NCBI GenBank assembly: GCA_964252035.1
Contig: OZ176200.1
Reading direction: 5' to 3' (one strand)
Source of the DNA: Podarcis erhardii
Lineage: Eukaryota
DNA: 64,000 bases
Below are positions 24,801 through 39,300 of this stretch, piece by piece. The notes beneath the pieces are model-generated. The model searched no databases. It saw nothing but the letters and a program-made list of their open reading frames with translations, and was not told the origin of the DNA. Each line of letters opens with the position of its first letter. Position 1 is the stretch's first letter. Made by a program: the position numbers and the translations under genes.

Positions 24801-27800
24801 TTAGACACCAGTATGCATTCTCTCTGGCTTGGGATGGTACCTCTGCTGTTTATATTAAGATGGCTCCTGACTACTTGGGCAGAACTCATGGACTATGTGG
24901 TAACAACAATGCCATTCTGCAAGATGAACTTGCCACTAGTTATGGTGAGTATTTCATCTAATTTATTAAGATGTTATTTGTGTTCCTCAGAAGTTACAGG
25001 CCTTACTTAGAAAGAGCAAGACTGCTATAGCCCTCTTTTTGTCTCGTTTGGCTTCCCTAAATGCCATAATTGCTATGACTTCATCCATTGGCTAAAAACA
25101 CTGAAAGGAGAGAGCAGGTTAGTTCTCACAAGACAAATGGGCAAAATAGTGACTGCACATTTTGCTTCATATCTCAGATTCAACATGGCTTGCTTTTTAA
25201 AATGAAAGCTGGGAATCTGGCACATTATGGCCAGTGGGATGGTGGTGGCACTGCCTATTAAATAGCTTCTGTCCATGAGCAGAAAAGGACCAGAATTTTT
25301 TCTTGTGTTGTTTTAAAATGATTTCTTTGTGATTTCTACATATACTTTGCTCTTCAATATTGATGGGCTTCATGTGCATTTTGTGTGCCAATGTCTTTAT
25401 ACCATTTTCCCCCAAGGACAAAATGTAATATAAGAAGTGGCCTTGGATGAGCTGTTGATTAGAATTTAGCATTAACAGGAGCAGTCACACTTCTATCTAA
25501 CTATCTATCTGACAGAGATGCTTTGTATTTCTTTCATAGCTTCCATCTAAACCCGATCAATAAAAATGTTAATTTCCTGCATTTGTGCACTTTCCCCTAG
25601 GAAAACTTACTGAAGACATTGAAGAGTTTGTAGAAAGCTGGAGAGAAAATCCTCCACAGGAGAACATCTTCTCCTGGGATACCTCATTTAACTATGAGCC
25701 ACCCTGTATGACTCAAAGTCAAACATTTTTACAGGTAGGCACGATAATTAATGTAAGGCAGGCACACTGGCTTGTTCCTGCGATTGAGGGGGCTGGTGCT
25801 CCACGACATGCTCACACTCTGTGCACATGGTGTGCAATGTGCTGATGTGTCGCATGCACATTATGTGGCATACATGAGTGATGTGAGTGTGGCATGTGTG
25901 CATGGCATGAGCACATCACTGAAAAATATTGATGAGGCCCAGCCCCCTCCTTGAAAATTGCGGAGGCCCTCGGCCCCTTCTAAGTGACATCCCTGATGTA
26001 AGACATAAACTTGCTGAGACTGCATTCTGAAACTTCTTATTTAAAAAAATGACATAAATGACTTCCTAATTGCAAAAAGAAACCGCTGCCCATCGTTATG
26101 GGATTGAGACTCCTAGTTAAATAGCTGTGATGCATTGCTTACATAATAAACATAGTTTTTGGATGGCTCACATGGCTTTATATTGGCTGAAATTGACATG
26201 ACAGCAATTGAGCTAGCTGGGGTATAAATGGAAGATGATTTTAGATTCTATCTGCCTCCTGCTTTCAAGTTCATTTCTGATTTTACTCTCTACCTCAAAA
26301 TATGTGGAAAATGTTATTTCCTAGAGGAGTGCTTAAGGTTCATAGATTAAGTAGATTTCTTATCACACTTGAGTTATTTTTAATTCCTCCTTTTATTTCA
26401 TTCTTTGATATTATTATTCAGAGTTTCCTATTTTAGCATTCAAAGCCTGTAGCCAGCCAGTGGATTCCTGTGTTATCTAGTGCCAGAATTTAATCAGATA
26501 ATTCTTCCTCACTTGTATTAAAATCTGTGAAAGAGCTTTTGTCTCCATAGACAGCTGTCCATAATGACAAAGAAAAAGTTCATCATAATATTGGCTACCA
26601 TATTTCAGTTTCATCAGAAAACTTATCCCATACCAAGTCTGCTTTAGATTTCCTGTGTAGGGAAGAGGAAAAAAACCCCACTAGTTTGCTACTGGCCCTG
26701 GAGGGGGAAAAAATTATTAGTGTTTATTCAAATAAAATCTGTCAACATACATACAGTACAGTGCATGTATTATGTAAATGTAATATGAGTATGTTTAAAT
26801 TACAAATTATACATCTGTGTTGAATCTGATAGACCTCATTTGAAACCTAAAATATAAACAATTCACATGCTAGATAAAATATGAATTCACAATGCTGCCT
26901 CTTCAACTAAAACATGTAGATGGAATGGTACTCCATTCATGGATCATGGCATTCCTGCCTTCCCTATATAACACCCTGCACCTCCCTGGAAATCCACTCT
27001 TAAGGACTGGCTAGGCCAGGCACCCGCAAACTCGGCCCTCCAGATGTTTTGGGACTACAACTCCCATCATCCCTAGCTAGCAGGACCAGTGGTCAGGGAT
27101 GATGGGAATTGTAGTCCCAAAGCATCTGGAGGGCTGAGTTTGGGGGTGCCTTGTAGGCTCTCTGGCACAGAGTGAGATGTGACATAGGAACCTGCAGCAT
27201 GACATGGAAATAATAAAAAACCCAATCCCCCTTGTGCAAGCCTCCTACTCAGCAACATCTTTGCAGCCTTGCCAATCTTTCTAGGACCATTGCTGTCAGA
27301 CTTTGGATTCAAAATCAAAGGCTGGATACTTATCAGATGATCTAGTTTCTAGACTATTTTTGTTTTTTTAAAAGCATTTTTTAAGAAAGCTTCTTCCTTC
27401 ACACTAATTCTTTGTGTGTTTTCAGAGGACGTATGCATTCTGCAGCATTCTGCTCCAGAGCCCCTTCAAAGAGTGCCATGAATTTGTGAGCCCATTTCCT
27501 TTCATGGCCAGCTGCACAAATGATCTATGCATGTAAGTGTCTTGGTTTGAGAAGTCCCGAATTAGCAGTCAGTGGCTGGGATTCAGATAGGTCCACTTAA
27601 AACACTTCTTGGTATGGATGGGACTGTGCTGATTTTCAGCTTCTAGTTGCAGCACTTCATACTGATGAATGCCATACCAAGCAGTATCTTTAGGAGTAGT
27701 TTTTTAATGTGCATAAGGTACCATGGTAGCTGTGGGAATGGGGTTCTTGGAATTCTGGCCATTAAGTTTCTGCAAAAATTAAATACATCTCTTTTTTGGG

Positions 27801-30800
27801 GCCTGCTTCTCTTTTCACTGTTTTTGATTGTCCTTTGTGGTACCACTTCTAGTTATAATAGAATGAGTGGCAGTAGAGTTAAGGCCAAATATTTATTGAT
27901 TTAAACATTATATGCATTTTGAATGTTCATCATTGGTATAATTTAGCAGTAAACCATGGCTTAGTGCTATGGAAACAAGCCTCGGCAAGACTTGTACTCA
28001 AATGCAATCATTGCCTCTACTCTTTGTTTAGCTGCAAGGAAGGGATTGGCAGCTTCCACTTCTGTTTTAGCTTAACAGCAGTTTTATGTGTTGTCCCAGT
28101 CCTAAACTGTGGTTAATTAGAACAGTGAAAATAAGGCTGTGTCAATTTTATTTTATTTTTGTGTTAAGGTCAGGAGCTGATAATGCAACTTTGTGTCGAG
28201 CATTAACTGAGTATGCAAGGACTTGTGCTCAAGCGGGAAAACCTCTCCACAACTGGCGGGCCCAATTTAAGGAATGTGGTATGCAATGACAAGGTTTTAG
28301 AATGTTGTCTTCTGGCAAAATATTATGCATATCGTTTATTCCCCTTTCTGCCGGTTTTCTCATTTTTAAATATAGGTTCATCTGGCCTTGCTTTGGACTT
28401 TGTTGGCTGCCTGTTTTGTAACGGGGGCCTGGTAGGAATTTTTCCATCTGGCAAATTCGCAGGGCCATTTGATTTTCAGCTACCACTGTAGCAATCGTCA
28501 CAACTTTGTAAGGTTAGGCATTGGATCAGCAATCATGGGGAGGGGAGGAGGGGCCATCACCTGCCCCTCCAAGTTCAAGGGTATTCCGTTAAAGAAATCT
28601 AGGGATTGGCGTGGGTCTTGGCCGAAACCCCTGCGGAGGGGGCTAGGGCCATACCAGGACCCCACAGTGACACCAGGGGCCAGCACCAGTCAGGACACTC
28701 TGGCGGTACACCCTCTGGTGGTGTTCATCCTTTATGGGATTCCCTGTGATGATGCCAATGCCTAAGCCAATACCACTCACATTCTGTATTCAATAAAGTT
28801 GTGGCCTAAATTTTGCCCAATTACTTAAATTAAAATCCTGTGTCACTGTTTCATTTTTGGGGGGTGCTGGGGGGGGGGTCTTGAATCACAACTGAGTATG
28901 CAAGGACTTGTGCTCAAGCAGGAAAAGCTCTCCACAACTGGCAGGCACAATTTAAGGAATGTGGTATGCAATGACAAGGTTTTAGAATGCTATCTTCTGG
29001 CAAAGCCAGTGTGGTGTAGTGGTTAAGAGCGGTAGTCTCGTAATCTGGGGAACCGGGTTCGCGTCTCCGCTCCTCCACATGCAGCTGCTGGGTGACCTTG
29101 GGCCAGTCACACTTCTCTGAAGTTTCTCAGCCCCACTCACCTCACAGAGTGTTTGTTGTGGGGGAGGAAGGGAAAGGAGAATGTTAGCCGCTTTGAGACT
29201 CCTTAAAGGGAGTGAAAGGCGGGATATCAAATCCAAACTCTTCTTCTTCTTCTTCTTCAAAATATTCTGCATATTGTTTATTCTCCTTTCTGCAGGTTTT
29301 CTCATTTTTAAATATTGTACCTTAATTGGCTATTGTATGTAAGTTCAGACTTTAAGACTAACCAGTATATGCTTTTGCATGGAGACCACTTCACTAGATG
29401 CTTAAATTAAAATAGCATCAATTTTCCACCCCAGGATGGAGAAGCTTAAATCATTTAACATTTCTTCATTTCTTCTGTTTTTCAGTCATTAAATGTGAGG
29501 AGCATCTTGTCTACAATGAATGCATTGACTGCTGCCCAGTTTCATGTCAGCAAAAAACTCACTGTGTTGACAGTGAACTGCCCTGTGTTGATGGATGCTA
29601 TTGTCCAGATGGTAATGCAGTTTTTGGTGTGGAATTTTGTTAGAAGTTGTGGCCTTTCAGGAGCTTATGGCCTTTCTGCAATCTACAAGACACAGTAATT
29701 AAGTCACACTCCGGATATTTGTCAACAAAACCAGATGGGTTCATTCTAGAGGCAATGGGTGGTATTCAACTAACATTTCCTGTCAATACAAGGATTTTCT
29801 CTTGTGCAATAGAACTTTCCTCTCTTCTCTTGTTCCCATGCACATTCTCTGCCTTTTCTAAGTCTGCTACAGAGAGTTGGAGGAGCCCCCAGAGCAGATT
29901 CTATGAACGAGCTGGATTATAAGGGTTCAGGCGATCCCTGAGGTATCCTGGACCCAAGTTGTTCAGGGCTTTGTAAATCAATGCAAAAATTTTGAACCTG
30001 GCTCAGTAGCAGATGATCAGACAGTGCAGCTGTTTTAACAATGGTGTCACATGTTCTTGACCAGAAGCTCCCCTCAGCAATCTGGCTGCAGCATTCTGCA
30101 CCAGCTGGAGTTTCCAAACCAGACCCAAGTGCAGCCCCACATAGAGCTCATTATAGTAATCCAGCCTTGCTCCAAAACTCCTAATGACAGCACCCAATGG
30201 CTATGTATAGATATTAAATAGCACTGGGGACAGACTTATTGGGAGTAAGCCTTACAAAACTTGGTGTGACATTTTAGAAAACAGGCATAGGCTGAGAGGC
30301 TAAGTGATAGCATGCCCTATATTGACTTGATAGTATGTTATGAAATCAAATGGACTTCTGTGAAAATATATTTGGTATTGGGCTGCAACTATTTATAACT
30401 CAAGTTGTTTTTTCTTTATGACAAAAGCAGCTTTTAACTGTTTCATAATACATCTTAACCTTCTGTTTTGCCTTTGTTTTTTATTATACCATTAAACTTT
30501 TTAGTATAAGATGCAATGAGGAAACATACACAAGGATTTTAAATATAATTTATCACATCTTCATTTTCTAGCTAGAAGTACTAGGCAGTTTTTTTAATGA
30601 CCCTTTTCAAAGCATATCGCTCTAATTTTGTTCTTATTGTCAAATGTTCATTTTAGGACTTATTTATGAAAACAAATTATGTGTAAGGCCATCAGAATGC
30701 CCCTGTGATTATCACGGATCTGTCTACAGAACTGGTGCTGTGGTTCATGAAGAATGCAACAACTGGTTAGTAACATTCCATATATTTGTTCCCTTTAATA

Positions 30801-33337
30801 TAGCACGAATTCCCTAAACAATGTCTAATATATAAGCCTTAGCATATATACCAGTCCTTACTTTTATAAAGCATACACATTCATAGAAAGGTGCTTTCTC
30901 TTTCCTTTTGCCATTTGTAATTTTGTGGAATAATCTTAATTTTAATGGTTTTGCGTACTAAATATGGTGACCAGTTCTTTTGCATGCCTTTGGTGCATGA
31001 AGGTTTCAAGCTGCAAATTCCCAGACTCTTGTCCTTATCATACAATCTATGCTTGAGTTTTTAAATAAGTGCTGACAGGACGGTGAGGAAGATGCTGTAC
31101 TTGCAGTCAGCTGGTTGTGATAGGCTTGCTGAACCTCACAACATAGGGAGGATGTTTGCATCATTTCTTTGAGAGATTTACTTAGCTTTTTAGTTTGTGG
31201 CTGAGAATTGATGCAGTCTATTCAAAACTTTAACCTAAACACACTTTATGGGTCTGCAATTAGGCAACCTTTAAGACCTGTGTCAAACCTCCATTAACAT
31301 TGAAATGCCCATTCATTTTCCTTAGTGTTCCCCAGGTGTATCTTGCATTCTGAGACTTGTGACATAATTTCAATCAGAGTGCTGGGCTCTGCCCCTACTT
31401 CTGCCTTTTCATGGTTTCATGACTTGGTATCAATTGAAGCATTCACTATAAGGTTTCCTTTTCAGTCCTACAACTGTTACTTCCAATTGCCACATAAGGG
31501 CTATGCCAACAGCCTTAAAACATCAAATATTTCTTTCTGTTTTCAGTACATGTGCTGGAGGAAAATGGATTTGCACAAACCTTACCTGTCCAGGTATGTC
31601 TGTTCTCAGATATTTCATTCAAATATTTTATACTGGGTATATTGCATGTGATCCAAGTGTTAATATTAATGTCTGATTATTTTTCCCATCTTTCCTAGTT
31701 ATTTACACCTGGAAAGCAGCATATAAATGCTTAAAAGGGTTATCAGCTCCAAGAATGCAAACTGTAATGACTAATTCCTTCAGGCTTTTTGTCCACTATT
31801 GCAACTTTAATATCATATATTATTAGCAGCACAGAATATTTTGGTAACATATTGAAACACTTTATCCCCCCCCCCTTTTTTTTAGCTGAATGTTCAGTCT
31901 CAGGAGATATTCACTTCATGACATTTGATGGGCGCAAGTATACTTTTCAAGCCACTTGCCAGTATATTCTGGCAAAAAGCCTCACCTCTGGAAAATTTGC
32001 TGTGACTCTGCAAAATGCTCGTTGTGGACAGGTAAGACTGTAAGAAAAAATGTTTGGGCTGCATCAAGTGTGGATACTTAACTGGCATTATCAAAAAGAT
32101 TAAACTAAACTTTCAGTTTATAAGTTTCCCTTCGGTGAATGGAAGGAACTTTTCATTCACTGAAAGATTCCTCCCATTCATGGAAGTTTACCTTTGGATC
32201 CACTTCTAATTTCCTTGGGGAAGGACCATCGCTCAGTGGATGTAGAAGGTCCAAGGTTTGGTCCCTTCAGTTTATGTGTATCTGTGTCATGAGAAATTAC
32301 TGTGCAGACATTTCTCAAGAACTTAAAAAGCTAACTGTCTCTGAATATCCAGGGGCAAAAGGTGGATAGCAAATAGCACATGTGTTTTCTTATGACTTTA
32401 TTTTAATAATAATAATAATTTAATAATTAATTAATTAATTACCTTATACCCGGCCAATCCGGCTGTGTTTCCCCAGCCACTCTGGGCAGCTCCCAACAGA
32501 ATATTAAAAACACGGTAAAAAATCAGACATTAAAAACTTCCCTAAACAGGGCTGCCTTCAGATGTCTTCTAAAAGTCAGATAGTTGTTTGTTTATTTAAC
32601 ATCTGATGGGAGGGCGTTCCACAGGGCGGGTGCCACTACCGAGCATGCCCTTTGCCTGGTTCCCTGTAACCTCACTTCTCGCAGTGAGGGAATCGTCAGA
32701 AGGCCCTCAGCACTGGACCCCAGTGTCTGGGCTGAACGATGGGGGTGGAGACTCTCCTTCAGGTATACTGGGCTGAGGCCGCTTAGGGCTTTAAAGGTCA
32801 GCACCAACACTTTGAATTGTGCTCAGAAACGTACTGGGAGCCAATGTATGTCTTTTAGGACCGGTGTTGTATGTTCTTGGCGGCCGCTCCCAGTCACCAG
32901 TCTAGCTGCCGCATTCTGGATTAGTTGTAGTTTCTGGGTCACCTTCAAAGGTAGCCCCACGTAGAGCTAGTGATTTCCTTTCCTGTCTTATACTGAGACA
33001 GAACATCGGCCCACATCTAGATTAGTATTTTCTCTACTTACTGGCTGCATCTCTCCAAGGCTTTGGACTGGGATCTCTCCCAGCCTTTCTGGAGATTGAA
33101 TCTGTAACTTTTGCCTACAAAACACCTTCTCTGCACTGACTCATGGCCCTGTGATATGAAGGGGGCTCCTGGGTGGGCCTTAACGTCCACTACAGGGTAG
33201 ACAGCAGGAAGACTGGATGTTACTGAAAATTAAATGCTGGAGCAGTCAGGTTTTGGCTGATCCAGTAAGGTAATTCTCATTATTATTCTTCGGTGGTTCT
33301 ATGAAAAGAGCAGATGTAATATATAATAATAGTAGTA

Positions 33338-33372
<35 letters not shown>

Positions 33373-36300
33373 TTACTATTTGTACCCCGCCCATCTGGCT
33401 GGGTTTCCCCAGCCACTCTGGGCGGCTTCCATAGAAACCAAAAGAAGGAGTCCTTCTTTCAGAGCTGTCATTGGCAGGGAATTTTCACCCTTTTTGCCAG
33501 TATGTGAGTAGTGCCAATTTTTCGAGTGTTTGTGTCATTCAGAAAATTGCGGTTAGTTAGTTCAAACAATGAACAAATATATAAAGCTGAAGCCAGTAAG
33601 CACAATTTTAATCTGTTCCCCAGAAATCATGTGTCAAATGCTGGGATTGATTGGCTAATGGTGCCTGTGGTGTTGTAACAGGAGGTTATGTAAAGAAATA
33701 GTCAACAGTACAGTGCTGAAACCTTTTGCCAAGGGAGGTGTAGAATTATTTCACCTGATATATATTTTTTATTTTTTTGTAAAAAATATATGTTTTCTCT
33801 TTTTATCTCTATTTATAGGTTCTGAAAATATTGGCTTTTTATCTAGTTTTATCTTGTTTTTTATCTAGTTTATAGTTTTCTACTTAAGTAATGGATAGCC
33901 GCTGTAGTGCTCTCCACATGTTGTTGTTGTTGTTTAGTCGTTTAGTCGTGTCCGACTCTTCGTGACCCCATGGACCAGAGCACTCCAGGCACTCCTGTCT
34001 TCCACTGCCTCCCGCAGTTTGGAAGTCCACATGTTGGTGGATTACAATTCCCATCAGTCACAGCTAGCATGGTCAAGGATGATGAGAGTTGTATTCCACC
34101 TGGAGGGCACTGTATTAGCTACCCCTGACTTCAGTAAAATGTTTTAATAATATGGTAATATAATATGTTTTCTACGTTCAACTCGTCTTGCAGATGGCAA
34201 GTCCAACAAAGGATACACTGTTCATTGTTAAGATCTAGAGTGCCTTAGAAAGGCAGTTTTAGAATGGCATATAATCTCCCAAGCGCCTGCACAGAGTCCA
34301 TAGCTGTACACATACCATTTTAATAACCTGTTAGTGTCTCTGTGAGGATATACAATAAAGCACTATTTCTTCCAACAAAGCCACTTTGCAAGCATTTTCT
34401 TTTCTAAGTTGTTAATCAAACACAGTCTAACGAAAACTTGAAGCTACAAAATCTCAAGGCACAAGGCGTTGACTCATAAGGATTGATTCAGTTAAACTGT
34501 GCTTTTAACAACAACCATGATGCATTGATTTGTGAATAATATAATAAACTATAATATTGAATGCTTGGTTTCTAGTTGTCATCTTTGAAAACGGTTGCTT
34601 AAAATGTCTTATGTAGAAACACCAAATTATGAGATAAGGAAATGTTGCATTTTTTTAATTAAACATTAGCATAAATTACTCTATTTCAAGCTTGATTTTT
34701 TCCCCTGAGCCTTGAATTTCTGTAGAGTTACTGAGAAATTTTCATTAAAATGCTAGAGCTCTATCGCAATAAAGCAGATTACTATACTGAAAAAGAAAAA
34801 CACCTCCAGCAACAGCCAGATAACACCTGAACAGGTTTTCGACTCATTGAATCACAAAGAGTACAGTCCCTTAGAGCCTCAGGTTTGGTGACAAAAGCAA
34901 TCATCATGCAGCAAGTGAGTTTGGAATGATGTAAAATTTAGCTTTAAACACTTTTTGAAAGAGGATCAGTCAAGTGATCAGCATAGCTTAGCCTTATCTG
35001 AGTCTCAAATGACAGTATCACTAGGTTTTGTGGTTAGTTATGATGAGAAGGATATTTTAATATAGGAATTTCTATTAAGTGTCTGGCGATGAGTGAGGTA
35101 CAGTTCATGAGAAGGCAGCTGCTGATAGTTAGCGGAGTCAATGTTATGAAAGAAACAATTCATTGGATCAGAGAATTATTGCCAGAATTTTAGAGCCTAT
35201 TTTAGACAATATGCATATGCACACACAGATATATGTAGCCAATATATACTCCCACATTCATCTACTGCTGTTAACATTTAAAGGCTTGCTTTTATATTTA
35301 ATTGGACATCTTGAAAATGGCATAGGAAGCTGCTGTATGTGGCCAGACGATTGGTCCACCTAGTTCCAGTACTGTCTGACCAGTACAGGGTCTCAGGCAG
35401 AAGTCTTTCTCTCACTTGCTACCTGGCCATTTTTTAGCAGTAGCTGCCAAGAATTAACCATGGGATCTTCTGTGTACAGTCATACCTCGGGTTGCAATCG
35501 CTGCGGGTTGCACGTTTTCGGGTTATGGACGTGCCAAACCCAGAAGTACTGGAATGGGTTACTTCCGGGTTTTGGCACTCGCGCATGCACTCTAAATTGC
35601 GCTTTGCGGATGCACAGAAGTGCTGAATCACATCATGCGCGGACGCAGACGCGGACGCGGCACTGCGGGTTGCAAACGCTGCGGGTTCACGGATCACATT
35701 TGCAACCCGAGGTTCCACTGTGCAAGGCATGTGCTTTACCTTTCAGGTATGGGCTTTTCTACCTTATCTAGGGTATATATCTCAGCTTACGTCTATCCAA
35801 GTCTTGAAACTTGCTTTGCCACTAGCAAAGTTGGAAGCAGTACGCTTCTGAATACCAGTTACTGGAAACTACAGGAGGGGAGAGTGTTCTGGTGCTCGTG
35901 AGCTGCCTGCAGGTCTCCCATGGGATCTGGTTGGCCACTGTGAGAACAGGATGCTGGACTAGATGGCCATTGGCCTGATCCAGCAGGCTATTCTTATCTT
36001 CTTAAATTATAAATTTCATCTTACTGGGTGTTCTCATTTTCATAGCACTGCATTTTGTGGTTTGTAAAATCTCCAAGCAAATTATTAACTGATTTTTGTG
36101 TACCCGTGGCTTTCCCAGGAGATACTTTCCTGCTCTACACCTGTCAAATTCTACCAAAAGGCAAATAGGTCTTAATCCCAAGCTTATTTTACAATGCTAC
36201 TCCTCAATTTATTTCTAGAATCAAGATGGAGCATGTATCCAGTCAGTCAGTCTTATTCTCAATCAAGATTCCAAGAAGCAAGTGACTCTGACCCATTCAG

Positions 36301-39300
36301 GAGATGTTTTGGTATATGATCAGTACAAAGTAAATCTGCCTTATATTGATGGTAAGTAAAATAAATAACACTTAGCTACAGTGAAAATGCTATGATTTAA
36401 ATTATGTCTACATATCATGCCCTAATTCCATCATGTCAATCATTCTGGTTTTATTTCTTCTCCTATAGCTTCACTTAACCCTCTGTTTCCTTCCTCTAAT
36501 ATCTACATCATCTCATGGTACCCCTGGAACCATATGTTAGTTGTATATTCACTCCCTTTCATCTCACCATGTAGATCAGATGTGGTCCTCCAGATGCTGC
36601 TGAACTAAAACTCCTATCATCCATGGCCATTGGCCATGCTTGCTTGGCCTGATGGGGTTACAGTCCATCCACATCTGGAAGGCCAAAGGTTTCCCACACT
36701 TGATAGATAGATGAACTAAGTGATATACATAAAGGAAGCCTTTTTACTGATGAACAAGCTATCTTCAGCCTGAATCAGCTTGAGCAACAAATTAGTTTTA
36801 GGAGGCTTCAATGAACAACAAATCATTAATTAAGTACTTAGCAAATTTTAGCTTGATTCTTTCCAGATCTTATCTTGCTGTCAGTTCCATCATTGGGAGT
36901 TTAACAGTCAACCCTTCATCAGCACCCCCACTGCTGCTACCCACAAGGATACATTGTGGTGTTGAAAAGTGCTCATAGTATCTAGACTTCCTTGAGAACC
37001 TCCTGTCACCACCTGTCACCTGGGTAGGCTTGCAAAAGGTGGTGGTGATGAGGGCTCATGGTATGAGTAAAATAGAGTATATTTTGATCTCGGCAAAACA
37101 ATTTTATTTGGGCTAAATTCAAGTAGAGATTAGGAGGTTAATTTGCAACTAACATTAAACACACTGTGAAGAGTAAAAGCAACTCCTGATCTCTTGAGAA
37201 TATTGTAGGTTACTATTAATACAACTTTTCTGCAATGTTTATCTACTAGATGCTTTTGAAATACGGAAAATTTCCTCTGTATTTTTGCAAATAAAGTCAT
37301 ATATTGGATTACAAATACTGTATGACTGGAAGGGTTTGAGGCTCTATCTCAAAGCTGATGCTCAATGGAAAGATGATACCATAGGACTTTGTGGGACCTT
37401 CAACGGAAATATGCAAGATGATTTTTTGTATGTATCATTAACATTTTTAAAAAATACATCTATCTTCATGAATATTGATTCTCCCCCGCAAACAGTATAG
37501 AAAAACATAGTAGCTATTTATTAGAAGAATAAAATATAAAATTTGATTATCAAACCTAGTATTAATTAAATAATAATAATGTTGAAGAAATTCAACCCCG
37601 AAGATAGATCTTGTAATATTATATATCTTGTTACTTTCAAGGGTCTGATTCTTGGGAGCAAGAATGCTCCACTTAAATTTCCTTTCAAATGATTTTAATC
37701 CACAAATATTTAATTTAATAAGTATTTTCTTATAGAGAAGTACAAAATACAGAATGCATAAGAGGAAGACTTTCCCTAGTGTGTTTTAATTTGTTGGAAG
37801 CAGCCCAGAGTGGCTGGGGTAACCCAGTCAGATGGGCAGGATATAAATAAAATAAAATAAACCACAATGAATCCAGTACATAGTGTCTTGAAATTAATGA
37901 GACAACACCGTGATTTTGAATTACTGTTGTTTGTACTTGATATTTGAAGTATATCCTTTTTGTTTTTTGTTTTTTGTTTTTTTTTTAATGGGGGAAAGAT
38001 CTCCAGTAGGCGTGCCAGAAAGTACACCACAGCTTTTTGGAAATTCCTGGAAAACTTCATCTGCCTGTGGTCTTGAGCATGATTATTCACCAGTGGATCC
38101 ATGTGATATTCATCTACAATCAGGTAAGTGTGATGATATTATAGACAGATATTGATGATGGGTTTGGAAGCATTATAAGAAGCTGTTGCAGGAGAGGAAT
38201 TGTGAGCAACATCACGGGAGGAATGTTTCTAGTACCAAAATGAAACTTTCAAGCTCCTTTGTAGTTTCTGCTATTGCCAGCAGCAAAATGTTGTTGCATT
38301 TATAGGGTCATATTCAATTAACTTTTACTCAGTGGTGATCCATTGAAATTTCTGACTCTGAATAACCCATAGTATTGATTTCTTTTTGGTGTGTATACAT
38401 TTGCTACAATGGTACATTTGCTACAATGATGTTGTTTTATTATTCTGGTTATGAAATTGATTTTGATATTGTTGACTTTGAGATGTATTGCTGTTCTCTT
38501 TGTTGTAAGCCACTTTGAGCATGATGTTGTGTGTGTGTTGAAAGGAGTGTGGAAAGGCATTCTTATTAGTATTCCTAATTAAGCATATCTGTGTTTTAGG
38601 TCATTTTAGCCAGCTGGTTATATTTTGTTTGAGTTTTCATCGATCAGTTGTACAGCTGACAAAAAATGCATTTCATGCTTCATTATTGTCAAGGATTGTG
38701 TAGAAGAAGTAATATAAAACAATGATAATAATATATGTAATCAATATCATGACCCTGACTGAGCCTTATTTACTGAAAATATAGTAATAAAATTTATATC
38801 TGATGAACTGAAGAGAAATATTAATAGTGATTGCTATTTGAGACTTCCTTGGAAAATTCCCATAAAAATGACTGTAGTCAGTTGTAGAGTTCTGCAGTTG
38901 GCTGTGGCTTATCTATGGCTGAATCAGATAAGCTGTAAAAAGTAATGTTTGTTCCACAGAAGAAAGCCTTTGCTATTAAATTTGGAGACTCTAACATGGT
39001 TATTTTATTATCATTTACTTTAACAGCCACTTATGCAACAGAAGCTTGTGGCATCATTACAAAAGAACTCTTTGCCCCATGCTTCTCCTACCTGAGTCCT
39101 CTCCCCTACTTTGAACAGTGCAGAAGAGATACCTGTAAATGTGGGCAGATCTGCATGTGCTCCGCTCTGTCCCATTATGCCCACCTGTGCCACAGATATG
39201 GAGTGGTGATAGACTTTCGGAGTTACGTCCCAGAATGTGGTAGGTTATTGTTCAGCATGTAATTAATTTAATGGCTGTCTGACATCTTGTGTACATTTCA

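Noticed and set aside
29005-29075. Possible tRNA gene (A and B boxes)
   Set aside because: No cloverleaf; continues into a SINE body and (CTT)n tail. The same applies to 22091 and the Sauria SINE heads.
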